Shown here in pieces: positions 18,080 to 25,989 of a stretch of DNA of 64,000 nucleotides. The DNA is from Escherichia phage ekra. A program made the translations under genes and the position numbers. Location: sequence record MN850644.1. One strand, 5' to 3'. Under the pieces are notes generated by a model. It was not told where the DNA came from and searched no databases. It was given only the letters and a program-made list of their open reading frames with translations. Numbering within the stretch: position 1 is the stretch's first letter; each line of letters begins with the position of its first letter.

Positions 18080-18976
18080 CTAATCAATGTTTGCTACAGT
18101 AACTTGACCATAATGTGTTAAGCCACGGTCTTTAGCTTCTCCTAAAGAGTTTGTAGTGTAGATATGGTCAATACCATTGCCAAGTAAGTTTTCAACCCCT
18201 TTAGAGAAAATGCCATGAGTTACATAGAGTTCCACACGTTTTGCACCTGCTTCACGTAGGTGTTTAGCTGCCTCTACGAAGGTTCGACCACCATCACAGA
18301 TATCATCAAGAATCATGACAGTTTTATCGGTCAAATCAACATCGTCAAGGATTCGCATACCAGTGATTTCTCCAGTCTTAAGATTGCGCACCTTAGACAT
18401 TGTGATATATGGTTTATCCACCTCTTTAGCGGCATCTTCAGTCTTCTTAGCTGCACCTGCATCTGGGGCTACCAAGAAATCAATGCGTGGGTCACTTGCA
18501 AAGTGTACTGCCACATCTTTTTGCTTCATGCTCTGAAAACACTTAAATAAGTTTTCTGCAACATTACTGTGAGGGTCAAGAGCACATACTGCATCAAAAC
18601 CCATTGCATTAACGAGGTTGGCAAAAACTTTCAGTGCTGCTGCATCACCTTTGAACATATGGCGGTCATATCGAGCATTTGGTAAGAACCCGAAAACAAC
18701 GGTTTTCATCGCTGATTTATAGGGAACAAGACTATCAACGGCATCCTTAGCCAAAGCTAATGCAAACAGTGTATCTTTGTCATATCCCTGTACAGTAATT
18801 ATAACATTATCAATCTTACCAGCATTACGCTCAGTAAACTTAACAAAATCTTCAGAGAAGTTTCCACCAATTTCTCCAGATGGGAATTGAATGATATTAA
18901 ATTTTTCTGTGTGGAAGAATTTCTCTTGTGCGGTGACGACGGCTTCAATAACAGTTTTCATAGTTTTCTCTCTCAA
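18080..18976 (-). CDS. Ribose-phosphate pyrophosphokinase (PRPP synthetase, Prs)-like protein; may be an ADP-ribose pyrophosphokinase
   Basis: PRPP-binding-type motif MILDDICDGGRT (DDIxDxGxT); 298 aa; beside NAMPT-like gene. Confidence 0.75.
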   Translation of the reverse strand: MREKTMKTVIEAVVTAQEKFFHTEKFNIIQFPSGEIGGNFSEDFVKFTERNAGKIDNVIITVQGYDKDTLFALALAKDAVDSLVPYKSAMKTVVFGFLPNARYDRHMFKGDAAALKVFANLVNAMGFDAVCALDPHSNVAENLFKCFQSMKQKDVAVHFASDPRIDFLVAPDAGAAKKTEDAAKEVDKPYITMSKVRNLKTGEITGMRILDDVDLTDKTVMILDDICDGGRTFVEAAKHLREAGAKRVELYVTHGIFSKGVENLLGNGIDHIYTTNSLGEAKDRGLTHYGQVTVANID

Positions 18977-19251
18977 TCAAAAGTTACGTTTGTTACTGCC
19001 ATTGCAGATTTGCATTTTGCAGGGTCTACAACGTGATAAAGTACACTACAGTTACCTGTGCTATCTGGTACAGGCTTTACCCATTGCTGCTTTATAGTTG
19101 GCTCCCCTAAGTCTTTGTAAGAGCCATCTGTAAAGTTGTTTACCATCTCAAGTGCAATTGGTTCTGGAACATGACCACGTATCATGTACATTTCACAACC
19201 ATTACCGCCTTCACTGACTAATGGTAAAATCTCCCACTTCTCTTTAGCCAT
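18973..19251 (-). CDS. hypothetical protein (92 aa)
   Basis: ORF. Confidence 0.45.
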   Translation of the reverse strand: MAKEKWEILPLVSEGGNGCEMYMIRGHVPEPIALEMVNNFTDGSYKDLGEPTIKQQWVKPVPDSTGNCSVLYHVVDPAKCKSAMAVTNVTFD

Positions 19252-19759
19252 TGTAAGTTGCCCTATAAACTGTCTCGAACTTCAACAGGAGAGATATTGC
19301 CAAATCTGTATAGTTGTTGTCAAGCACATCTGGCATATTATTTTTGATATATTTCTCTTGCTCTTCATAGGTCATCTTAGGGATGCTTAGGAGTCTATCT
19401 CCTTGCTTCTGGTTATCAGCTTTAGTTTGGATAAACCAGTTCGCACAGTGATGCTCACCACCCTTTGTAACAGGTTTGTGGTGGCCTAATGTGAAGGATT
19501 GACTACCTGTGTATCTGCAAAGTCTATTAAGTACTGTAATGGTGTTCTTCACAACAAAACATTCATACAGGTTATCTATGGTGTAATGCGGGTAGTAACG
19601 GAATAGTGCTCTTTCACGAGTACTGCCACGATTCCAGAGAATCATGTGATTGGAGTTAGAAGGGTCGTATTGGTGGGAGTCAATGAACTCTTGACGTTCC
19701 TCAAAGCTGAGTCTTAGCACTGACATTGCAGCAGAACGTTTTAGGTTTGACAGATACAT
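19244..19759 (-). CDS. hypothetical protein (171 aa)
   Basis: ORF; His-rich segment GHHKPVTKGGEHHCANW of unknown meaning. Confidence 0.45.
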   Translation of the reverse strand: MYLSNLKRSAAMSVLRLSFEERQEFIDSHQYDPSNSNHMILWNRGSTRERALFRYYPHYTIDNLYECFVVKNTITVLNRLCRYTGSQSFTLGHHKPVTKGGEHHCANWFIQTKADNQKQGDRLLSIPKMTYEEQEKYIKNNMPDVLDNNYTDLAISLLLKFETVYRATYNG

Positions 19760-19810
19760 ATCATCTCCAAAATAAAAAGGGAACCTTTACAGTTCCCTTA
19801 TAGTATCTGT

Positions 19811-20131
19811 TTACTGAGCTACTTTCAAGATGCTTGTGAATGAAATCTCACTCTCATCCATAAACTCTTTTGCTTCTCCAGTAACTTTTACAAAGTTATC
19901 TAGGCAGATAATCTTCTTATCTTTCTTACTGTAAGTTAGCTTAACCTTTTCAATATCTTTCTTAGAGCTTTTCTCTTCATTAAAGAGTTTTACAGCTTCT
20001 TTGAATGGTAGGTATGAACCATCATCGTCGCTAATAAAACCTGTGCCGCAATAGTAGAAGTTGTATTCTTTAGCCATAAACTGGCACAGTACGAAAATCT
20101 GTAATTTGCGAGTGTTATAAACTTTGCTCAT
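19811..20131 (-). CDS. hypothetical protein (106 aa)
   Basis: ORF. Confidence 0.45.
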   Translation of the reverse strand: MSKVYNTRKLQIFVLCQFMAKEYNFYYCGTGFISDDDGSYLPFKEAVKLFNEEKSSKKDIEKVKLTYSKKDKKIICLDNFVKVTGEAKEFMDESEISFTSILKVAQ

Positions 20132-20133
20132 GA

Positions 20134-20415
20134 TTATTTAGCCTTCTTATTACGTTTACGGTTACGAGCTTTTTTAGCTGCACGTTTAATTGCTGCTGCA
20201 CCAGTTGGTCGATGTGCTTGTTTTTTACCACCTTTGCCACGGCCTACGTAGATGTAAGGTTGCTGTTCAATTTGGCTTGTAAGAACTTGTGCAACTGCTG
20301 AAGCATCTACACCAACCTGCTTTCCAGTCATAGAAATGATTGCTGCTGCTTTTGCCAGTGCCTTCAAGAAGCCAGCTTTCATATTACCTAAAATTCCCAT
20401 TTTAGTCTCTCTCAT
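20134..20415 (-). CDS. hypothetical protein with strongly basic C-terminal tail (93 aa)
   Basis: C-terminus AAIKRAAKKARNRKRNKKAK. Confidence 0.45.
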   Translation of the reverse strand: MRETKMGILGNMKAGFLKALAKAAAIISMTGKQVGVDASAVAQVLTSQIEQQPYIYVGRGKGGKKQAHRPTGAAAIKRAAKKARNRKRNKKAK

Positions 20416-20771
20416 TAAAGTTTAATACAGAACTTATGAAGTTCTTCTTCAGTGATACCAATTGGAGTCATGCCTTCTCTGATGTTTTGAATCCTGTAGA
20501 AGTCTCCAAACTTATCTGAGTCATGAATGTCAAAGGTAACGTTCTTCACCATCGTTGCAAGAGCACATAATGAACTTGCACCAAATTTTTCTCTCGTATA
20601 AATCATCCAAGCATCTAACTTGTTGATGTCGTAAGTCCATTTGCCAGAATAATCACTCTGCTCGCCATTGACAATCGCCTTGCCATCCATACTCTTTTCT
20701 CCAGAGGTTTTGGTTATCAGAACCACGATATGGTTTAACTGTTGGTTTAGATGAATCATACTTACCATCAA
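20415..20771 (-). CDS. hypothetical protein; likely uses an internal start (about 20690) so that it overlaps nrdG less
   Basis: ORF overlaps 3-prime end of nrdG in another frame. Confidence 0.4.
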   Translation of the reverse strand: MMVSMIHLNQQLNHIVVLITKTSGEKSMDGKAIVNGEQSDYSGKWTYDINKLDAWMIYTREKFGASSLCALATMVKNVTFDIHDSDKFGDFYRIQNIREGMTPIGITEEELHKFCIKL

Positions 20772-21138
20772 TCACCACGTCAACATATTTCATCACATCT
20801 AGGTGAATTTTTTCGTGTAACTGAAAACCTGTCCAGAGCCAGATAGATTTTTCTGGGTAAACGGTTTTAATACGTTTGCATATGTTGGTAACCTCTTGAA
20901 TATTTCTATCATCCAGAGGTTCTCCACCAAGTATTGACAGCCCACTGACAGCATCATCATCCATTAACTTAATGATGCCGTAGAGGTTTGCATAAGTGAA
21001 CACTTTACCAGCATTAAACTTCCAAGACTCCCTGTTAAAGCAGCCTTCACAGTGATGCTTACAACCAGCTACGAAGAGGCTTACACGAACCCCTTCCCCA
21101 TTAGCTGTGTCAAATGGTCTAATCTCCATGTAATTCAT
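20653..21138 (-). CDS. nrdG: Anaerobic ribonucleotide reductase activating protein (radical SAM)
   Basis: VAGCKHHCEGCFN cysteine cluster; overall collinear with remembered T4 NrdG N-terminus. Confidence 0.8.
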   Translation of the reverse strand: MNYMEIRPFDTANGEGVRVSLFVAGCKHHCEGCFNRESWKFNAGKVFTYANLYGIIKLMDDDAVSGLSILGGEPLDDRNIQEVTNICKRIKTVYPEKSIWLWTGFQLHEKIHLDVMKYVDVVIDGKYDSSKPTVKPYRGSDNQNLWRKEYGWQGDCQWRAE

Positions 21139-21197
21139 CTAGTTACCTCACCAATAAATATAAATGTTCTTTAAACCTTTTCTTCGAATTGTTTTAC

Positions 21198-21593
21198 TCA
21201 TTCAAACACTACCTGACAAGGAACCTGTTTAGTAATAAATTCTTCACAGTGTTCTTTAATGAAGTTTTGTAATGGAACACAGTCTTGTGCACAAGTCATT
21301 AGCATAATGTACTCTGGATTCATAATATTTTCAAGACTGTAGAAGACAACATCGTCAGATAATTCATGACCGTCTTCTTCAGACCAAGTTCCAGTGACTA
21401 CAGCTAATTTGTCAAGCAATTCATTAGGCAACGCTACACCATCTTCTACGGAATCACTTAGAACGTTGTCGCCAACATACAATGTGAAGGTTGTATGGAA
21501 TGTTGAGTATCTTACGTGATTCTTCTCACAAGAGCCACACTCTGAGGTATAATCTTTAATCCACTCTAACTGTTTCTGGTTGAGCTTAATCAT
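21198..21593 (-). CDS. hypothetical protein (131 aa)
   Basis: ORF. Confidence 0.45.
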   Translation of the reverse strand: MIKLNQKQLEWIKDYTSECGSCEKNHVRYSTFHTTFTLYVGDNVLSDSVEDGVALPNELLDKLAVVTGTWSEEDGHELSDDVVFYSLENIMNPEYIMLMTCAQDCVPLQNFIKEHCEEFITKQVPCQVVFE

Positions 21594-21790
21594 AATTTCA
21601 CCTTAGTTGGTAATGCACTGAATGCTATAGCTAACCCTAAAAATGGTTTGAAGCATGACCATAAATCCATCTGACCATGATATGAGAAACTCCATTGTGG
21701 GTCTGAAAAACCCCATACCATGACACTAACTCCAAAGAAGAAGATTAGTATGTGGAATATAGGTATCAACGTTTTTGATATTTTAAACAT
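21590..21790 (-). CDS. small membrane protein (66 aa)
   Basis: Two hydrophobic segments. Confidence 0.4.
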   Translation of the reverse strand: MFKISKTLIPIFHILIFFFGVSVMVWGFSDPQWSFSYHGQMDLWSCFKPFLGLAIAFSALPTKVKL

Positions 21791-21943
21791 TTTAACTTGC
21801 CTCTTAATTCACAATAAGAGAGTCCTAAAAAGAACCCCAGTAAGACAGAACCTATGAATAGGCCAATGATGTTCTCTGCCATATCTAACATCCAATAAAA
21901 AAGGTGATGTAAGCCTATCAAGACTCACACCACCTTGTCAAGT

Positions 21944-24088
21944 TTACATAGAAACCCTGTCACGAATCTCAGCAATTTTTGCATCATTCATTCGGGATTC
22001 ACCTTTAATCTTAGTCCATCCCAGATATCCGCACACCCTGTTAATCACAGAGATGTCATGTGAATGGCAAACCTCACATTCTTCAACATCAGCCTTTGGT
22101 CTGTTACCACAATGTTCACAGATTGCTAAGTCAAAGTTAAGTCCCTGATAAAAACCCTTCAACATCCCTCTGGTAATACAACTTTTAAGTGCTGTTAAGT
22201 TTTCTGGGTTAGCTACCCTTACATACTGGATTCTACCACCTCTACAGATATGGAAGAAGGGTTCTTCTAAGTCCTGCTTCTCAAATGGTGTAATGTCTGC
22301 TGCAACATTCATATGGAAACTGTTTGTAAAGTATTCCTTGTCAGAAACGCCTTTGATAACGCCAAACATATCTCTGAACTGTTTTAGCTGAGTTCCACAA
22401 AGTGATTCTGCTGGAGTGCCATAGACTGCATATAAGAAGCCATCTTCATTTTTAAACTCTTCAGTCTTCATGTTGATATATTCCAGAACATCATATGCAA
22501 AACTACAGCTTCCAACTTCATGAAGTCGTTTACCTTCAGCAAGAACAGATAGCTCATCAAGCGCAGTAACCCCAAAAGAAGCTGTGAAGGACTTCACGAT
22601 ATCCCAGCCAACCTTGTCAGTAGGTTTCTTATTCCCTTTGTACAGGCCACCTTGTGTGAATGCAAGAGGGTTAGAACTTGCTGGCATATTAGCAATCATT
22701 TCGTAACGTTTCTTGTGGAAGCTGCGAATCATTTCTAGGTACTTATCAAGCTCTTTCCAGAAATCTAAGTCATTCTCTTTAGAATACTGGTAAATCATTG
22801 GTAAGTTCAAAGATACAGCACCAATGTTAGCACGACCAACGTAGAACTCTTCCCCATTCTCGTTAAAATATGGAGATAAGAAGGCTCTGCAACCCATCGG
22901 TGAAATTACCTTACCAGAACGCTCAAAAGCCTCTGCTACAGCACCATGTCCAGATACACTTAAGAAATCTGGATACATAGCTTTAGAGCAACACTCAATA
23001 GCTTTACTGTACAGGTGGCCTTGACAGATATTCTCATTATGTCTCTTCTGGTCATAAATATAAACCAGTTTAGGGAATACAACAGGCTTCTTGCTCTTAC
23101 CTTGTCCATTCATACGAACATCTAGGAGAGTGCTTGCAATCATGTATTGCAGTCGGTTATCTTCATTAGACATATCTGAGTCAAGTAACCCGAATGTCAA
23201 AGTTGTGAATGCAAAATCACCACGGCTACAAGGCACAGTATTGAGCTTCATTTCAAGAGACTGAAAACCTTGAGTTAATTCAATCTGTAGCTGCTCCATG
23301 ACATAGTTGTGGTAATGTTCTTTAGGAATACCATAAGCTGTTGCTTTTTCAGCATGGTAACGTAGAGACTTCTTAGCATACGGTACAAGTACCTTATCAA
23401 TCTCTGCTAAAGTAAAGCCACCAAATTGCTGTGCAGTTGCTGAAAGAACTACATCACCAATAACCTGTAAGGCTGACAGTACAGACTTCGGTTCACAGTA
23501 TTCAATGCCAGACATTTCAAAGCCACCTTTCAGCACTTTACCAATGTCAAACAAGCAACAGTTGATACCACCAAAAATCAGGTCTCTTAAATCATGGATA
23601 TAGATAAACCCTTTTTCAATGGCTTCAAGTTCCTCTGGTGTTAGGTGGTACTGTTTAAAGATTTCTTTAGTCAGGTAACCACGAATAATTGAGCCTTTTG
23701 TAGAAATTAAACTGCTGTCAAAATTAGCGTTTTCTCGGTCACCTAAGAAGAGTGTATCTTTGGTCTTCTGGTAGAGTTCATCCCAATTTTGAGCAACCTC
23801 TTTACGGTAATTTCTATATGTTGAGTAAGACTCATAAATCTCGTGATTGACTTCTGCCAAAGCACCTTCAACAATACTGTGAATATCATTTACTGAAATG
23901 AGTAAATTATTCTGCTTAGTAGATTTTACCAGAATCCTCATAAATGCTGACTCAAGAGCTTGGGTAACATCTGGTGGAAGTTCTTTATACCCAACCCTAT
24001 TAGCTGACTTTGAGACTGCTGCTAAAACTTTTTTGATATCAGGTTCTTCGAGTGAGCCATTCTTTTTAATAATCTGTACTTTGTTCAT
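21944..24088 (-). CDS. nrdD: Anaerobic ribonucleoside-triphosphate reductase (class III)
   Basis: C-terminal glycyl-radical motif RVCGYLG and zinc ribbon CEHCGN...CEVCHS; 714 aa. Confidence 0.85.
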   Translation of the reverse strand: MNKVQIIKKNGSLEEPDIKKVLAAVSKSANRVGYKELPPDVTQALESAFMRILVKSTKQNNLLISVNDIHSIVEGALAEVNHEIYESYSTYRNYRKEVAQNWDELYQKTKDTLFLGDRENANFDSSLISTKGSIIRGYLTKEIFKQYHLTPEELEAIEKGFIYIHDLRDLIFGGINCCLFDIGKVLKGGFEMSGIEYCEPKSVLSALQVIGDVVLSATAQQFGGFTLAEIDKVLVPYAKKSLRYHAEKATAYGIPKEHYHNYVMEQLQIELTQGFQSLEMKLNTVPCSRGDFAFTTLTFGLLDSDMSNEDNRLQYMIASTLLDVRMNGQGKSKKPVVFPKLVYIYDQKRHNENICQGHLYSKAIECCSKAMYPDFLSVSGHGAVAEAFERSGKVISPMGCRAFLSPYFNENGEEFYVGRANIGAVSLNLPMIYQYSKENDLDFWKELDKYLEMIRSFHKKRYEMIANMPASSNPLAFTQGGLYKGNKKPTDKVGWDIVKSFTASFGVTALDELSVLAEGKRLHEVGSCSFAYDVLEYINMKTEEFKNEDGFLYAVYGTPAESLCGTQLKQFRDMFGVIKGVSDKEYFTNSFHMNVAADITPFEKQDLEEPFFHICRGGRIQYVRVANPENLTALKSCITRGMLKGFYQGLNFDLAICEHCGNRPKADVEECEVCHSHDISVINRVCGYLGWTKIKGESRMNDAKIAEIRDRVSM

Positions 24089-24110
24089 TATTGCCCCTTT
24101 ACATGCTAAA

Positions 24111-24128
24111 AAGGTCTCCGAAGAGACC
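24111..24128 (-). terminator. Hairpin (ggtctc cgaa gagacc) with T-run on minus strand
   Basis: Read directly, between small membrane ORF and nrdD. Confidence 0.5.
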
Positions 24129-24136
24129 CTTTCATT

Positions 24137-24343
24137 TTAAATCTTTTTAGAAAACTTCGCAAAGAGTTCTCTTAGTTTTTCAGTGATACCTAACTGTATC
24201 TCTAATATTTCAAAGATAACCCATAGTAACATGGCTCCAAACAATGAACCTTGTTCAAAGTCAGTAAATAGGTTAACAATAAGCATACCAATCACAATAG
24301 CTGGTGCATCAACAACCAAACCTTCCCAAATGCGTTTAAGCAT
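24137..24343 (-). CDS. small membrane protein (68 aa)
   Basis: Hydrophobic core PAIVIGMLIVNLF, LFGAMLLWVIF. Confidence 0.4.
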   Translation of the reverse strand: MLKRIWEGLVVDAPAIVIGMLIVNLFTDFEQGSLFGAMLLWVIFEILEIQLGITEKLRELFAKFSKKI

Positions 24344-24578
24344 TATTCACCTCTGCCATAAAATTCTGTAGCGTCCCAACAGGTTTTAGGTTTTGTCCAT
24401 CAGTTTTCATGATGAATGGCATCTGACGAACTGGCATCTGTGCAATATCCATCAGGTCTGATAGCTCATAGTCCTGCCCTAACATTCTCACAACATGGTC
24501 AATACCACGAGCTTTTGCAAAATTCTTTGCAGTCTCACACTGAGGGCATCCAGTTTTGGAGTAAATTATATAAGTCAT
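24336..24578 (-). CDS. Glutaredoxin/NrdH-like redoxin
   Basis: CPQC active-site motif near N-terminus, 80 aa, placed between nrdB and nrdD. Confidence 0.6.
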   Translation of the reverse strand: MTYIIYSKTGCPQCETAKNFAKARGIDHVVRMLGQDYELSDLMDIAQMPVRQMPFIMKTDGQNLKPVGTLQNFMAEVNNA

Positions 24579-25711
24579 TAAGGAACCTCTAAAAATCCAC
24601 TATTCAAATCATCTACAACAGTATTCAACAGGTACGCACCGTTCTGTTGCTCCTGATTAGCATTCTGCTCTTTATCAATTTCCATCTTCTTAATCATGTA
24701 CTTCAAAGGTGGTTCTTTGGGAGCTACAAAATCTCTTGGAATGCCAAACATATCATACAGTGGGGCAGCATTATAGTAAACCCACTCATGAAGAAGCTTT
24801 GTATTTAAGCCAACTACAGCACGTCCTTCGGAGAAGATATAATACGACCATTTCTCTTCACTTTCAACTACTTCATCTAAGATTACTTTAATCTCTGGAA
24901 GAATCTGTTGAAAAGCTTTCTGCCACTCATCATCTCTTAAAGTTTCTTTTAAAACTTCAATATCAATTTTAGTGTGAAGGATTTCATCAAGCATAATTTT
25001 CTGGACAGCTTGAGCAATACCCTGAAATTTATCTTGAGCATCAAGTGCAAAAGTACATGCAAAGGATGCCATAAAAGAAATACCTTCCAGTGCAGTCACT
25101 GCAAATAGACCTTTTAGAATCACTTTATGGAAGTGTAAAGGGTCTTTGTCCAGAAGTGAGTCACGGACATAACTCAGTCGATAGTTTATACCCTCATCCA
25201 GCAATTCTTCGAGAACACGATTCACAGTTTTTAATCGGTCTTGCACAGCAACATTCTGGTTAATCTCATCTAAGATTGTTTCAGGGTTTTTAATACATTG
25301 TCTTACAATCTCTGAGTAAGTAAGAGCATGTAGGTTTTCAATCTCAGACTGCTTCATAATTGCAGTTGCATAGATGTCGTCAGAGATAAAGGGTGCAAAG
25401 GCAAATGCCAAGCTCTTAGCAACTTGAGTGTCTGCTTCCCATTGCCACTTAAGAATCTCAAGCATTACACCTGACATTGATGCTGGGACACTCTCAAAAT
25501 CAAGACGTGATTGTTCAAAAGGGAACTCATCTTCTGACCAATCTTGTGCTTTTTGTTGTTTATAAAGTTCAAAGATTTTTGGGTAGTGCTTATTGAGTGA
25601 GTCAAAAGTTTTTCTCTCACCACCTAAAAAGATTGGGTGCTGGTTAATCATAGTGTGATTTCTCCTTTCTTTATCATTTCTGAGGCTTGTTTTCTGTCTA
25701 AAACTTCCCAA
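24578..25711 (-). CDS. nrdB: Ribonucleotide reductase small subunit (class I beta); true start probably internal Met (MINQHPIF, about 25651)
   Basis: Ferritin-like motifs (EILHTKID; ALEGISFMASFACTFAL resembling the R2 EGxxF segment). Confidence 0.75.
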   Translation of the reverse strand: MGSFRQKTSLRNDKERRNHTMINQHPIFLGGERKTFDSLNKHYPKIFELYKQQKAQDWSEDEFPFEQSRLDFESVPASMSGVMLEILKWQWEADTQVAKSLAFAFAPFISDDIYATAIMKQSEIENLHALTYSEIVRQCIKNPETILDEINQNVAVQDRLKTVNRVLEELLDEGINYRLSYVRDSLLDKDPLHFHKVILKGLFAVTALEGISFMASFACTFALDAQDKFQGIAQAVQKIMLDEILHTKIDIEVLKETLRDDEWQKAFQQILPEIKVILDEVVESEEKWSYYIFSEGRAVVGLNTKLLHEWVYYNAAPLYDMFGIPRDFVAPKEPPLKYMIKKMEIDKEQNANQEQQNGAYLLNTVVDDLNSGFLEVP

Positions 25712-25989
25712 TTTTCTTTGTTAAACATCTCATAAGGTCTTGCATAGATTTTACCATCTACTGTGGAGATGTAAGAGATACCAGCAACCCATGAGTCATC
25801 CTTTTGTTTTATCATCATATCTGTGCTACTCACATAGTACATCGTTTTCCGAGGCTTGTGGAGCAAGTATATAGGTCGCTCATGTTTTTCTATTAAATCT
25901 TTCATGGTCTCTCCAAAGTTATTTTTAGAGGGTCTTTTACGACCCTCATAGTTATTAAAACTAAACACCACAACCCTCGCAATAAGCAT
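25648..25989 (-). CDS. hypothetical small protein between nrdA and nrdB; start uncertain
   Basis: ORF overlapping both neighbours; internal Met MKDLIEKHE likely start. Confidence 0.35.
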   Translation of the reverse strand: MLIARVVVFSFNNYEGRKRPSKNNFGETMKDLIEKHERPIYLLHKPRKTMYYVSSTDMMIKQKDDSWVAGISYISTVDGKIYARPYEMFNKENWEVLDRKQASEMIKKGEITL

